A stretch of 64,000 bases of DNA from a virus. The position numbers and the translations under genes are program-made. The stretch is taken from the UHGV virus genome UHGV-0090440, one strand, 5' to 3'. Shown here one piece after another: positions 56,622 to 64,000 of the stretch. Under the pieces are notes generated by a model. The model did not search any database, was not told the origin of the DNA, and saw only the letters and a program-made list of their open reading frames with translations. Numbering within the stretch: the stretch's first letter is position 1; each line of letters begins with the position of its first letter.

Positions 56622-56726
56622 ACCCCTCCAGAAATAACATCTAATGCGCCACTAACTTAGTCAGTTTGTTATTTCCTTACAGGACATCTTCTAAAATCTC
56701 CCTCCTTAACATACAAGGGGGAACAT

Positions 56727-57287
56727 ATGCTTATTGGATACATTCGCGTATCAACTAATGACCAAAACACAGCTTTACAACGAAACGCCCTTGAAAGCGC
56801 AGGATGTGAGCTAATTTTTGAGGATAAGGCGAGCGGCAAAAAGGCTGAACGCCCTGGGTTAAAAAAGGTTCTCCGTATGCTTTCCAGAGGTGACACCCTA
56901 GTCGTATGGAAGTTAGATCGTCTTGGGCGCAGTATGCGTCACTTGGTTGTGCTGGTGGAAGAGCTTCGTGACATAGGCATTAACTTCCGGAGTCTCACTG
57001 ACTCCATCGACACCAGTACACCAATGGGGCGCTTTTTCTTTCACGTAATGGGGGCGCTGGCAGAAATGGAACGTGAACTTATTGTTGAACGTACACGAGC
57101 TGGACTTGATGCAGCTCGCGCAGAAGGTCGAATAGGTGGGCGTCGGCCTAAATACCAGGAAGAAACATGGCAGCAAATGCGGCGATTGCTGGAGAAGGGC
57201 ATCCCCCGTAAGCAGGTTGCAATCATCTATGATGTGGCTGTTTCCACTCTTTATAAGAAGTTTCCGGCGTCATCATTTCAATCCTAA
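56727..57287 (+). CDS. cin: serine DNA invertase (Cin/Gin/Hin family)
   Basis: MLIGYIRVSTNDQNT...LVVWKLDRLGRSM...SPMGRFFFHVMGALAEMERELI...GRIGGR is near-identical in pattern to Gin/Cin, with the catalytic Ser in RVST; lies adjacent to the invertible segment. Confidence 0.9.
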   Translation: MLIGYIRVSTNDQNTALQRNALESAGCELIFEDKASGKKAERPGLKKVLRMLSRGDTLVVWKLDRLGRSMRHLVVLVEELRDIGINFRSLTDSIDTSTPMGRFFFHVMGALAEMERELIVERTRAGLDAARAEGRIGGRRPKYQEETWQQMRRLLEKGIPRKQVAIIYDVAVSTLYKKFPASSFQS

Positions 57288-57304
57288 ACCTTGGTTTAAG
57301 AGAA
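57279..57304. promoter_or_regulatory. cixL crossover site
   Basis: CAATCCTAAACC-TT-GGTTTAAGAGAA: 26-bp site with the TAAACC/GGTTT half-sites of gix/hix/cix around a 2-bp core; overlaps the cin stop. Confidence 0.75.
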
Positions 57305-59740
57305 CTCGGTACCAGCGGTGAAAAGATCCCCCTGTTGAGCACGGCTAACACATGGAGTGCGCGCCAGACTTTCAACGGCGGGATCACCGGGGCGCTGACA
57401 GGGAACGCCGACACCGCGACGAAACTTGCGACGGCAAGAAACATCAACGGTGTTAAATTTGATGGTTCTGTGGACATTTCGATACCAACAATTACGTCCA
57501 GAGGGCGTGTTACTGCGCTCACCGGTACAACACAAGGTGCTGCTACTGGATTGCAAATGTATGAGGCGTACAACAACGGCTATCCTTCTGCTTACGGGAA
57601 TGTGCTTCATCTTAAGGGCGCAACGGCAGTTGGTGAAGGTGAGTTGTTCATAGGTTGGAGCGGTACAAGTGGCGCTCATGCACCTGTACATGTACGTTCG
57701 CGACGAGATACTGATACAGCCAGTTGGTCAGAGTGGGCGCAGGTCTACACATCGAAGGATTCCATCCCTGGTGTAAATACCACGGGCAACCAGAACACAA
57801 CCGGAAACGCGGCGTCTGCAACGAAATTACAAACGGCAAGAACTATTGGTGGTGTTTCATTTAATGGCACCGCAAACATCGACCTGCCGGGCGTGAATAA
57901 AACAGGCAATCAGAGCACTACCGGCAATGCAGCTACAGCCACAAAACTGCAAACAGCACGCACCATTAATGGGGTTTCATTTGACGGAACGGCTAATATT
58001 TCTCTGTCACCGGCAAATATTGGTTGCCCGGCATCTCCTACTGGTTGGCTTGAAACAGGTGATAATGGAGCATCAATAACAACAGAGCAATTAGTGACTC
58101 TGCTACGAGATAATGGTGCTTTTAATGCAAAGGTATGGATAGCGCGTTGTGCCTGGGCGTATGCAAATAGTGCATCCATACCAGACAGCGAAACAGGATG
58201 CGGCATTATTCCACTGGCTGGCGCAGTTATAGAGGTATTTAATAATAGCAGTAGCACGAGTTATTTTACCATTCGTATAACAACGGCAACGACGACAAGT
58301 GTATCTGGCGCACTCACTAATGCTGAATTTATCTATGTGTCTAATGGCACAAGTTATTCACCAGGATGGCGCAGAGCGTATAACACTAAAAACAAACCTA
58401 CTGCGGCTGATGTCGGAGCTTTACCACTATCTGGAGGAGCGTTAACTGGCGGATTAACTGCTGCTGGCGAGATTATTTCCAAATCGGCGAATGGTCTGCG
58501 CATTGCCTATGGCAACTATGGATTCTTTATCCGTAATGACGGCGGCAGCACATATTTCATGCTAACAGCATCAGGAGATACGTTAGGTTCATGGAACAGT
58601 TTGCGACCGATTACAATTAATAATACCAGCGGTGTTGTGTCTATTGGTAATGGACTAAATGTTACTGGTGGCGTTAATGGTAGTTTGAACGGTAATGCAG
58701 CGACAGCGACCAAGTTACAAACCGCTAGAACTATAAATGGGGTGTCGTTTGATGGTTCTAAAAATATTGAGCTAACGGCGGAAGATTTAAATCTTGAGCA
58801 AACTGTAGAATTAGCCGCAGGAGCATTGCAGAAAAACCAGAACGGCGCAGATATTCCGGGAAAAGATACCTTCACTAAAAATATTGGTGCATGTCGCGCT
58901 TTTCACAGTTCTATTAGTACAGGTGCAGGGAACTGGACAACGGCACAATTGATTGAATGGCTGGATTCTCAAGGGGCATTCAATCACCCATACTGGATGT
59001 GCAAATGTTCATGGTCATACGGCAGTAATAAAATTATTACTGACACCGGATGTGGACTTATTCACCTTGCGGGTTGCGTTATTGAAGTTATGGGCTATAA
59101 AGGCGCCATGACCATTCGTATAACCACACCGAGTACCTCTAACGGTGGTGGCACTACGAATGCGCAATTTATATATATTAACCACGGTTCAGAGTATTTA
59201 CCTGGCTGGCGACGTGACTACAACACGAAAAACCAGCAGCCTGCATTTGCTTTAGGGCAGACAGGAAGCATAGTTGGAAATGACAAAGCTGTTGGATGGA
59301 ACTCGATTAGCGGGGTTTATAACGCTAATATTGGTGGATCATCTACGTTGATTCTCCATTTTTATATGGGAGCTGGTAGTTGTCCGGCTGTTCAGTTCCG
59401 CGTGAATTATAAGAACGGCGGTATTTATTATCGTTCTGCGCGTGACGGTTATGGTTTTGAAGCCGACTGGTCGGAATTTTATACTACAACACGTAAACCA
59501 TCTGCGGGAGATGTTGGGGCATATACCAAAGCAGAATGTGATTCACGATTTATTACAGGTATTCGATTAGGTACAAAATCGTCTGTGCAAACATGGAATG
59601 GTCCTGGATGGAACGATAAATCTGGTTATGTTGTTACTGCCTCAATTAACTCAAATAAGGACGAACTTATTGATACAACTCAGGCAAGGCCGCTGCAGTA
59701 TTGTATCAATGGTACATGGTATAACGCGGGAAGTATTTAA
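57290..59740 (+). CDS. alternative tail-fibre variable part (Sv'), currently promoterless and silent
   Basis: Reading frame opens at cixL; the first about 45 aa ([46 protein letters not shown]) are identical to an internal stretch of the minus-strand S gene; repeated [23 protein letters not shown] units follow. Confidence 0.7.
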   Translation, partial: LGLRELGTSGEKIPLLSTANTWSARQTFNGGITGALTGNADTATKLATARNINGVKFDGSVDISIPTITSRGRVTALTGTTQGAATGLQMYEAYNNGYPSAYGNVLHLKGATAVGEGELFIGWSGTSGAHAPVHVRSRRDTDTASWSEWAQVYTSKDSIPGVNTTGNQNTTGNAASATKLQTARTIGGVSFNGTANIDLPGVNKTGNQSTTGNAATATKLQTARTINGVSFDGTANISLSPANIGCPASPTGWLETGDNGASITTEQLVTLLRDNGAFNAKVWIARCAWAYANSASIPDSETGCGIIPLAGAVIEVFNNSSSTSYFTIRITTATTTSVSGALTNAEFIYVSNGTSYSPGWRRAYNTKNKPTAADVGALPLSGGALTGGLTAAGEIISKSANGLRIAYGNYGFFIRNDGGSTYFMLTASGDTLGSWNSLRPITINNTSGVVSIGNGLNVTGGVNGSLNGNAATATKLQTARTINGVSFDGSKNIELTAEDLNLEQTVELAAGALQKNQNGADIPGKDTFTKNIGACRAFHSSISTGAGNWTTAQLIEWLDSQGAFNHPYWMCKCSWSYGSNKIITDTGCGLIHLAGCVIEVMGYKGAMTIRITTPSTSNGGGTTNAQFIYINHGSEYLPGWRRDYNTKNQQPAFALGQTGSIVGNDKAVGWNSISGVYNANIGGSSTLILHFYMGAGSCPAVQFRVNYKNGGIYYRSARDGYGFEADWSEFYTTTRKPSAGDVGAYTKAECDSRFITGIRLGTKSSVQTWNGPGWNDKSGYVVTASINSNKDELIDTTQARPLQYCINGTWYNAGSI

Positions 59741-59742
59741 TT

Positions 59743-60276
59743 ATGCAGCATTTAAAAAACATCAGATCAGGTAATCCAAAAACTGTTAAACAATATGAAT
59801 TGACGCGACAATTTGGTGTTGTCTGGTTGTATTCTGAAGACGGTAAAAACTGGTATGAGGAACAAAAGAACTTCCAGGATGACACTATAAAAATTGCTTA
59901 CACATCAGATGGAGTTATTGTGGCTATAAATAAAGACGTATCTACAATAAATCCAGAAGGTTTAAGTGTGGTTGAGGTTGCTGACATTACCGCAAATCGC
60001 CGTGCTGACATTTCTGGTAAATGGATGTTCAAAGATGGCGTAGTGATAAAGCGAACTTATACCGAGGAAGAACAGAGGCAACAAGCTGAAAATGAAAAGC
60101 AAAGCCTATTGCAACTTGTCAGGGATAAAACCCAACTGTGGGACTCACAGCTACGGCTGGGCATCATTTCCGATGAGAATAAACAGAAATTAACCGCGTG
60201 GATGCTATATGCGCAGAAAGTAGAATCTACAGATACCTCCATCCTGCCAGTAACGTTTCCCGAACAACCAGAATGA
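59743..60276 (+). CDS. alternative tail-fibre assembly chaperone (U')
   Basis: 177 aa; paralogue of the minus-strand U gene (shared GNPKTV.QY.LT..F...W...[19 protein letters not shown]). Confidence 0.7.
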   Translation: MQHLKNIRSGNPKTVKQYELTRQFGVVWLYSEDGKNWYEEQKNFQDDTIKIAYTSDGVIVAINKDVSTINPEGLSVVEVADITANRRADISGKWMFKDGVVIKRTYTEEEQRQQAENEKQSLLQLVRDKTQLWDSQLRLGIISDENKQKLTAWMLYAQKVESTDTSILPVTFPEQPE

Positions 60277-60303
60277 GAAAAGGCCCGTTATCGGGCCTTA
60301 TTT

Positions 60304-60831
60304 TTACTCAGGTTTTTGTGGCCATTCTGGCTTTGACGTATCCACGCGGCTTACAAGAACGCTGTAGCGTTCCCATGCTTCCAGTCGGCTGTGGTCCTCA
60401 TCCGTTGCCATATTCAGCCTTACTGCACGCTCTAGTAGTTGAATGACTGATTCAGCATCAGCAAGAAGTCTGGCTTTCTGATTTTCTACCTGCTGCTGTA
60501 ATTCCTCTGCCGTATAAATACGTTTAATAACTGCGCCATCCTTAAACATCCAGTTACCAGAAATGTCGGCACGTCGGTTAGCAGTAATATCCGGCACTTC
60601 AACAACACTTAATCCATCCGGTCTGATAGCTGTTACATCCTTTTCCACATAGCGGATGATGTTATCTTTGTCATACGCTAATTTTATCGTGTCATCCTGG
60701 AAGTTCTTTTGTTCCTCATACCAGTTTTTACCGTCTTCTGTAAAAAACCAGATGACATCAAAATGTTTCGTCAGCTGGTATTGCTCAACTGTTTTTGGAT
60801 TACCCGCTGTTATATTGATCAAATGCTGCAT
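60304..60831 (-). CDS. U: tail-fibre assembly chaperone U (expressed orientation)
   Basis: Start taken at [18 protein letters not shown], 4 nt after the S stop; homologous to U'. Confidence 0.7.
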   Translation of the reverse strand: MQHLINITAGNPKTVEQYQLTKHFDVIWFFTEDGKNWYEEQKNFQDDTIKLAYDKDNIIRYVEKDVTAIRPDGLSVVEVPDITANRRADISGNWMFKDGAVIKRIYTAEELQQQVENQKARLLADAESVIQLLERAVRLNMATDEDHSRLEAWERYSVLVSRVDTSKPEWPQKPE

Positions 60832-60835
60832 AAAT

Positions 60836-63800
60836 TTAAACCTGTGCCACGTTATACCATGTTCCATTAATCTGTTTCTGAACCGGCCTGTAATATACAC
60901 CTCCAATATTATCGGCAGAATTCGAGCCGGTATCCTGGACTATAATGCCAGTATAAACGCAGCCTGATGGTGCCTGATGCGTCCATGTCGAGGTGTTATT
61001 TGCTGGTTTATATGTAGATGCTCCACCAAGTCGCATGTCTCTTACATAACGAGAATCAAAGTTACCGTAATCCGAGGGGTTAACACGCCCTGTAATATTT
61101 ATGGTTTTATTACTTTGAATGCTGCCGGAGACAAAGCGCATAACATGAACGTTATTAGCATAAACGTCCAGATTACCGTCGCCATTTTGTTTAAAGCCCG
61201 TGTCATTATCACCCAAAACAATCGAGTTACCGCCAAGAGCACTGGATGTTCCGATGCCCAGTGCACCATTCAATTGACCGCCAGATAATGACAACGCCCC
61301 AACCTCAGCAGCAGTCGGTTTAATGTGCGAACTGTAAATTACATATACAGTTCCATCTGTCAGGCCTGTTGGTTTATTCGCTGTATAAGTTGGTGATGTA
61401 TGAATCGTTACGCTGGCGTTACTGGTATAATCCCACTGAATATTAACACCTGTGGCGTAATTACCTATTTCAACATAAACATCATAGGTATCACCGGATG
61501 TATTCACCCATGCAAAATTAGTAAATCCAACCGAGGTCCGTCGCCATAATGCACCAGTAATACCTTTTGGATTTCCATTTCCTGCACGCAGAACCAGCTC
61601 AGAGATGCCTGCTTGCTGCGGGGAGCCAACGTTAAACCCTGCACCACCAATCAGGCTTATGTAAACCACGGAACTGGCCTGTGGCATGGTTACAGTTGCC
61701 AGTTTGAACCATCCAGCACCACCACTAAAAGACATTGTTGTGGAGTTGATCGTGCCTATAGACCGTGGGTTAAGTTCAATATCTTTAGAACCATCAAACG
61801 AGACGCCGTTGATAGTACATGCTGTCTGCAACTTGGTCGCTGTCGCTGCATTACCGGTAGTGTTCTGATTACCTGTTTTATTCACACCTGGCAGGTCGAT
61901 ATTGGCACTACCATCGAATGACACTCCGCCTATTGTGCGTGCTGTTTGCAGTTTTGTTGCAGTTGCAGCATTACCGTTCAAACTACCATTGATGCCGCCA
62001 GTAACATCCAGACCATGCCCCATGCTTATCCGACCAGTTCTAAGATTAAGCGTAAAGGGACGTAGTGGCCCTATATCACCATTTTCCCCCTCATTCTCTC
62101 GTGTAGGGATGATATGCAGGCATTCTTCAGAACGACGAAAAATAGCACCAAAAGATGAATTAAATATCCTTAGTGCATTGACTGTCGATATTTTTACTTC
62201 ACTGCTGAAAAGGGCTTTAACAAGGACAGACAAAGCATCCCATTTAAGATTCATCAGGTCTTTTGTTGTGGTGCTCTGGCGACTTCTCCATTTGAAATAT
62301 TCATTGCCGTTGTCGCCTGTTTCAAACCACATGTATGAATCAGTATCGCTGTCGGCATCATTTTTAAAACCAATCTTCGCCCAGTCAGTATTCCGAATCC
62401 AGGCAAGGATTGAGTCGTTTTCAAAAGTAAGTCCACCGGACAAGGTATCGCCTGTCTTTTGAACCGCGTTATCAGCCTTGTTTACCGTTTCCTGTAGATT
62501 TAAATCTTCCGCCGTTAGCTCAATATTTTTAGAACCATCAAACGACACCCCATTTATAGTTCTAGCGGTTTGTAACTTGGTCGCTGTCGCTGCATTACCG
62601 GTTGTGTTCTGATTACCTGTTTTATTCACACCTGGCAGGTCGATATTGGCACTACCATCGAATGACACTCCGCCTATTGTGCGTGCTGTTTGCAGTTTTG
62701 TTGCAGTTGCAGCATTTCCTGAAAGGCTTGAAACAAACTGATGTGAGCAGTAATAACCACGTCCATTTTTAAAATCCAGAATGGTTTGAGTATTTGTACT
62801 TTCTGCTACTGGATCTGTGGCCCCCCACTTATAGGTGGCTTGACCAACGGTATAGTCAGTAGTAGGAACAATTACGTTCAAGCCCTCCTCAGCAAATATC
62901 TTGATAGGAAATGCTCTGGCTTCAACGTAAAATACACTACACAAATCGTCATCTTTCACACTTGAAATAATCGAGTGTATAGCTCGCTCAGTAGTAGAAT
63001 ATATTGAGAAAAAACCAGCTGCATATGAACCGCGATCAGACCAACCGCCAGGCATAACAAAACCATTAAATTCACAATTATTCATGGCGTATCCGCCAGC
63101 TGAGGAATAAGTAGTTATCACAACTCGTGAGGCTAATTCATCGGTACTGCCTCCAGATCGGCGAAAGACTATAGGATACCACTTACCGCTTACTGCATTT
63201 GCAGGCGCTGAAAAAGTGTATTTTCTCATCCCTTTTTTATTGTCTATTTCGCTTTTGCTGTAAACGTCCAGATCTTTAGGAGTCAACGTAATGTCAGCCG
63301 AACCATCGAACCTGACGCCATTAATGTTTATGGCTGTTTTCAATTTCGTCGCGGTGTCGGCGTTCCCTGTCAGCGCCCCGGTGATCCCGCCGTTGAAAGT
63401 CTGGCGCGCACTCCATGTGTTAGCCGTGCTCAACAGGGGGATCTTTTCACCGCTGGTACCGAGTTCTCTTAAACCAAGGTATTGGATAACGGCCAGTGTG
63501 CTTGTTTTAGCCAGAATATCTCGACCGACTGACGTTAAATCAGTCTGCGCTACCGTATCCTTACCAGTGAAATAAGGCAGTTTGTTTGCGCCTGTCGCAA
63601 GACCAGCAAGCGCGGTTAAAGTTGCATCAAGTGGCTGTTTCCCTGCCAGCGCATTTGTCATTGTTGTCGCAAAGTTCGGGTCATTGCCCAGTGCTGCTGC
63701 AAGCTCATTCAGGGTATCAAGAGCTTCAGGTGATGAGCCGACCAATGCAGAGATAGCAGCCCGTACGTAAGCAGTCGTAGCGATCTGCGTATTGTTTGTG

Positions 63801-64000
63801 CCCTGTGCAGCCGTAGGCGCAGTAGGGACACCCGTTAATGCAGGGCTTGCCAAAGGCGCTTTGAGAGCCAAGGCATTGTTGATAGTTGTGCTGTAATTCG
63901 GGTCGTTATTGATCGCAGCCGCTATTTCTTTCAGCGTATCCAGTGTGCCAGGCGCACCGTTGATAAGTGCAGTTATAGCTGCCTTAACAAAGGCTGTATT
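60836..64000 (-). CDS. S: tail-fibre protein S (5' end lies beyond the window)
   Basis: The frame stays open to the window edge; the ORF-track TTG start at 63871 is internal. It crosses cixR at 63464-63489, so the constant N-terminal part joins the variable part (60836-63463) in the current orientation. Contains [15 protein letters not shown](G/N)GVSFDGS repeats. Confidence 0.8.
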   Translation of the reverse strand, partial: NTAFVKAAITALINGAPGTLDTLKEIAAAINNDPNYSTTINNALALKAPLASPALTGVPTAPTAAQGTNNTQIATTAYVRAAISALVGSSPEALDTLNELAAALGNDPNFATTMTNALAGKQPLDATLTALAGLATGANKLPYFTGKDTVAQTDLTSVGRDILAKTSTLAVIQYLGLRELGTSGEKIPLLSTANTWSARQTFNGGITGALTGNADTATKLKTAININGVRFDGSADITLTPKDLDVYSKSEIDNKKGMRKYTFSAPANAVSGKWYPIVFRRSGGSTDELASRVVITTYSSAGGYAMNNCEFNGFVMPGGWSDRGSYAAGFFSIYSTTERAIHSIISSVKDDDLCSVFYVEARAFPIKIFAEEGLNVIVPTTDYTVGQATYKWGATDPVAESTNTQTILDFKNGRGYYCSHQFVSSLSGNAATATKLQTARTIGGVSFDGSANIDLPGVNKTGNQNTTGNAATATKLQTARTINGVSFDGSKNIELTAEDLNLQETVNKADNAVQKTGDTLSGGLTFENDSILAWIRNTDWAKIGFKNDADSDTDSYMWFETGDNGNEYFKWRSRQSTTTKDLMNLKWDALSVLVKALFSSEVKISTVNALRIFNSSFGAIFRRSEECLHIIPTRENEGENGDIGPLRPFTLNLRTGRISMGHGLDVTGGINGSLNGNAATATKLQTARTIGGVSFDGSANIDLPGVNKTGNQNTTGNAATATKLQTACTINGVSFDGSKDIELNPRSIGTINSTTMSFSGGAGWFKLATVTMPQASSVVYISLIGGAGFNVGSPQQAGISELVLRAGNGNPKGITGALWRRTSVGFTNFAWVNTSGDTYDVYVEIGNYATGVNIQWDYTSNASVTIHTSPTYTANKPTGLTDGTVYVIYSSHIKPTAAEVGALSLSGGQLNGALGIGTSSALGGNSIVLGDNDTGFKQNGDGNLDVYANNVHVMRFVSGSIQSNKTINITGRVNPSDYGNFDSRYVRDMRLGGASTYKPANNTSTWTHQAPSGCVYTGIIVQDTGSNSADNIGGVYYRPVQKQINGTWYNVAQV
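63464..63489. promoter_or_regulatory. cixR crossover site
   Basis: TTCTCTTAAACC-AA-GGTATTGGATAA: differs from the Mu gix site (TTCCTGTAAACC-GA-GGTTTTGGATAA) as I recall it at only about 3 positions outside the core; in inverted orientation to cixL, with about 130-bp inverted repeats (57293-57423 and 63344-63475) inside it. Confidence 0.75.

Larger units (their letters stand above)
57279..63489. mobile_element. Cin-invertible tail-fibre segment (C-segment analogue, about 6.2 kb)
   Basis: Bounded by inverted cix sites; contains two oppositely oriented Sv-U gene pairs; cin lies immediately outside. Confidence 0.8.

Noticed and set aside
57335-57337. Start codon of the plus-strand tail-fibre ORF as a real initiation site
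   Set aside because: This copy is the promoterless alternative cassette; its frame is open from the cix site and it becomes the 3' part of S only after inversion.
63871-63873. TTG start of the 1011-aa tail-fibre ORF given in the ORF track
   Set aside because: The frame has no stop upstream to the window edge and the upstream translation continues a repeat (…[16 protein letters not shown]) paralleled downstream (…[17 protein letters not shown]), so the gene starts outside the window.
1-64000. The window being phage P1 itself
   Set aside because: The recombinase is only distantly Cre-like and its site is not loxP; gene order differs from what I recall of P1; the operator-like motif differs from the P1 C1 operator consensus. 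It is a P1 relative (D6-like).

Overview
The whole window is phage DNA of the P1 family (a plasmid-prophage type genome), not chromosome. From memory it matches phage D6 rather than P1 itself: the Cre-like recombinase has the Dre sequence and sits about 150 bp from a 32-bp site that matches the rox site as I recall it. The window runs: a Dam / cytosine-MTase / RdgC operon with a baseplate-spike-like gene; a HigB/HigA toxin-antitoxin pair; a Ref-like HNH nuclease; a long plus-strand block of early or accessory genes (DUF4406-like, a standalone ClpX zinc-finger homologue, four Ea22-like paralogues, a protein phosphatase); hot-humD-phd-doc; dUTPase; dre/rox; pacA/pacB terminase; a roughly 4-kb almost ORF-free region holding five tRNA or tRNA-like genes and a family of covarying long hairpins; a 2305-aa DarB-like MTase-helicase; a portal / protease / DarA / Hdf / LydB / LydA head-lysis block; and the Cin invertase with a 6.2-kb invertible tail-fibre segment bounded by cix sites. 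The tail-fibre gene S runs off the right edge of the window. The items I consider most worth follow-up are the structured noncoding region, the ClpX zinc-finger mimic, and a dispersed TGTTAGAAA operator-like motif. All calls rest on reading the translations and sequence by eye; no searches were run, and coordinates of small sites may be off by 1-2 nt.
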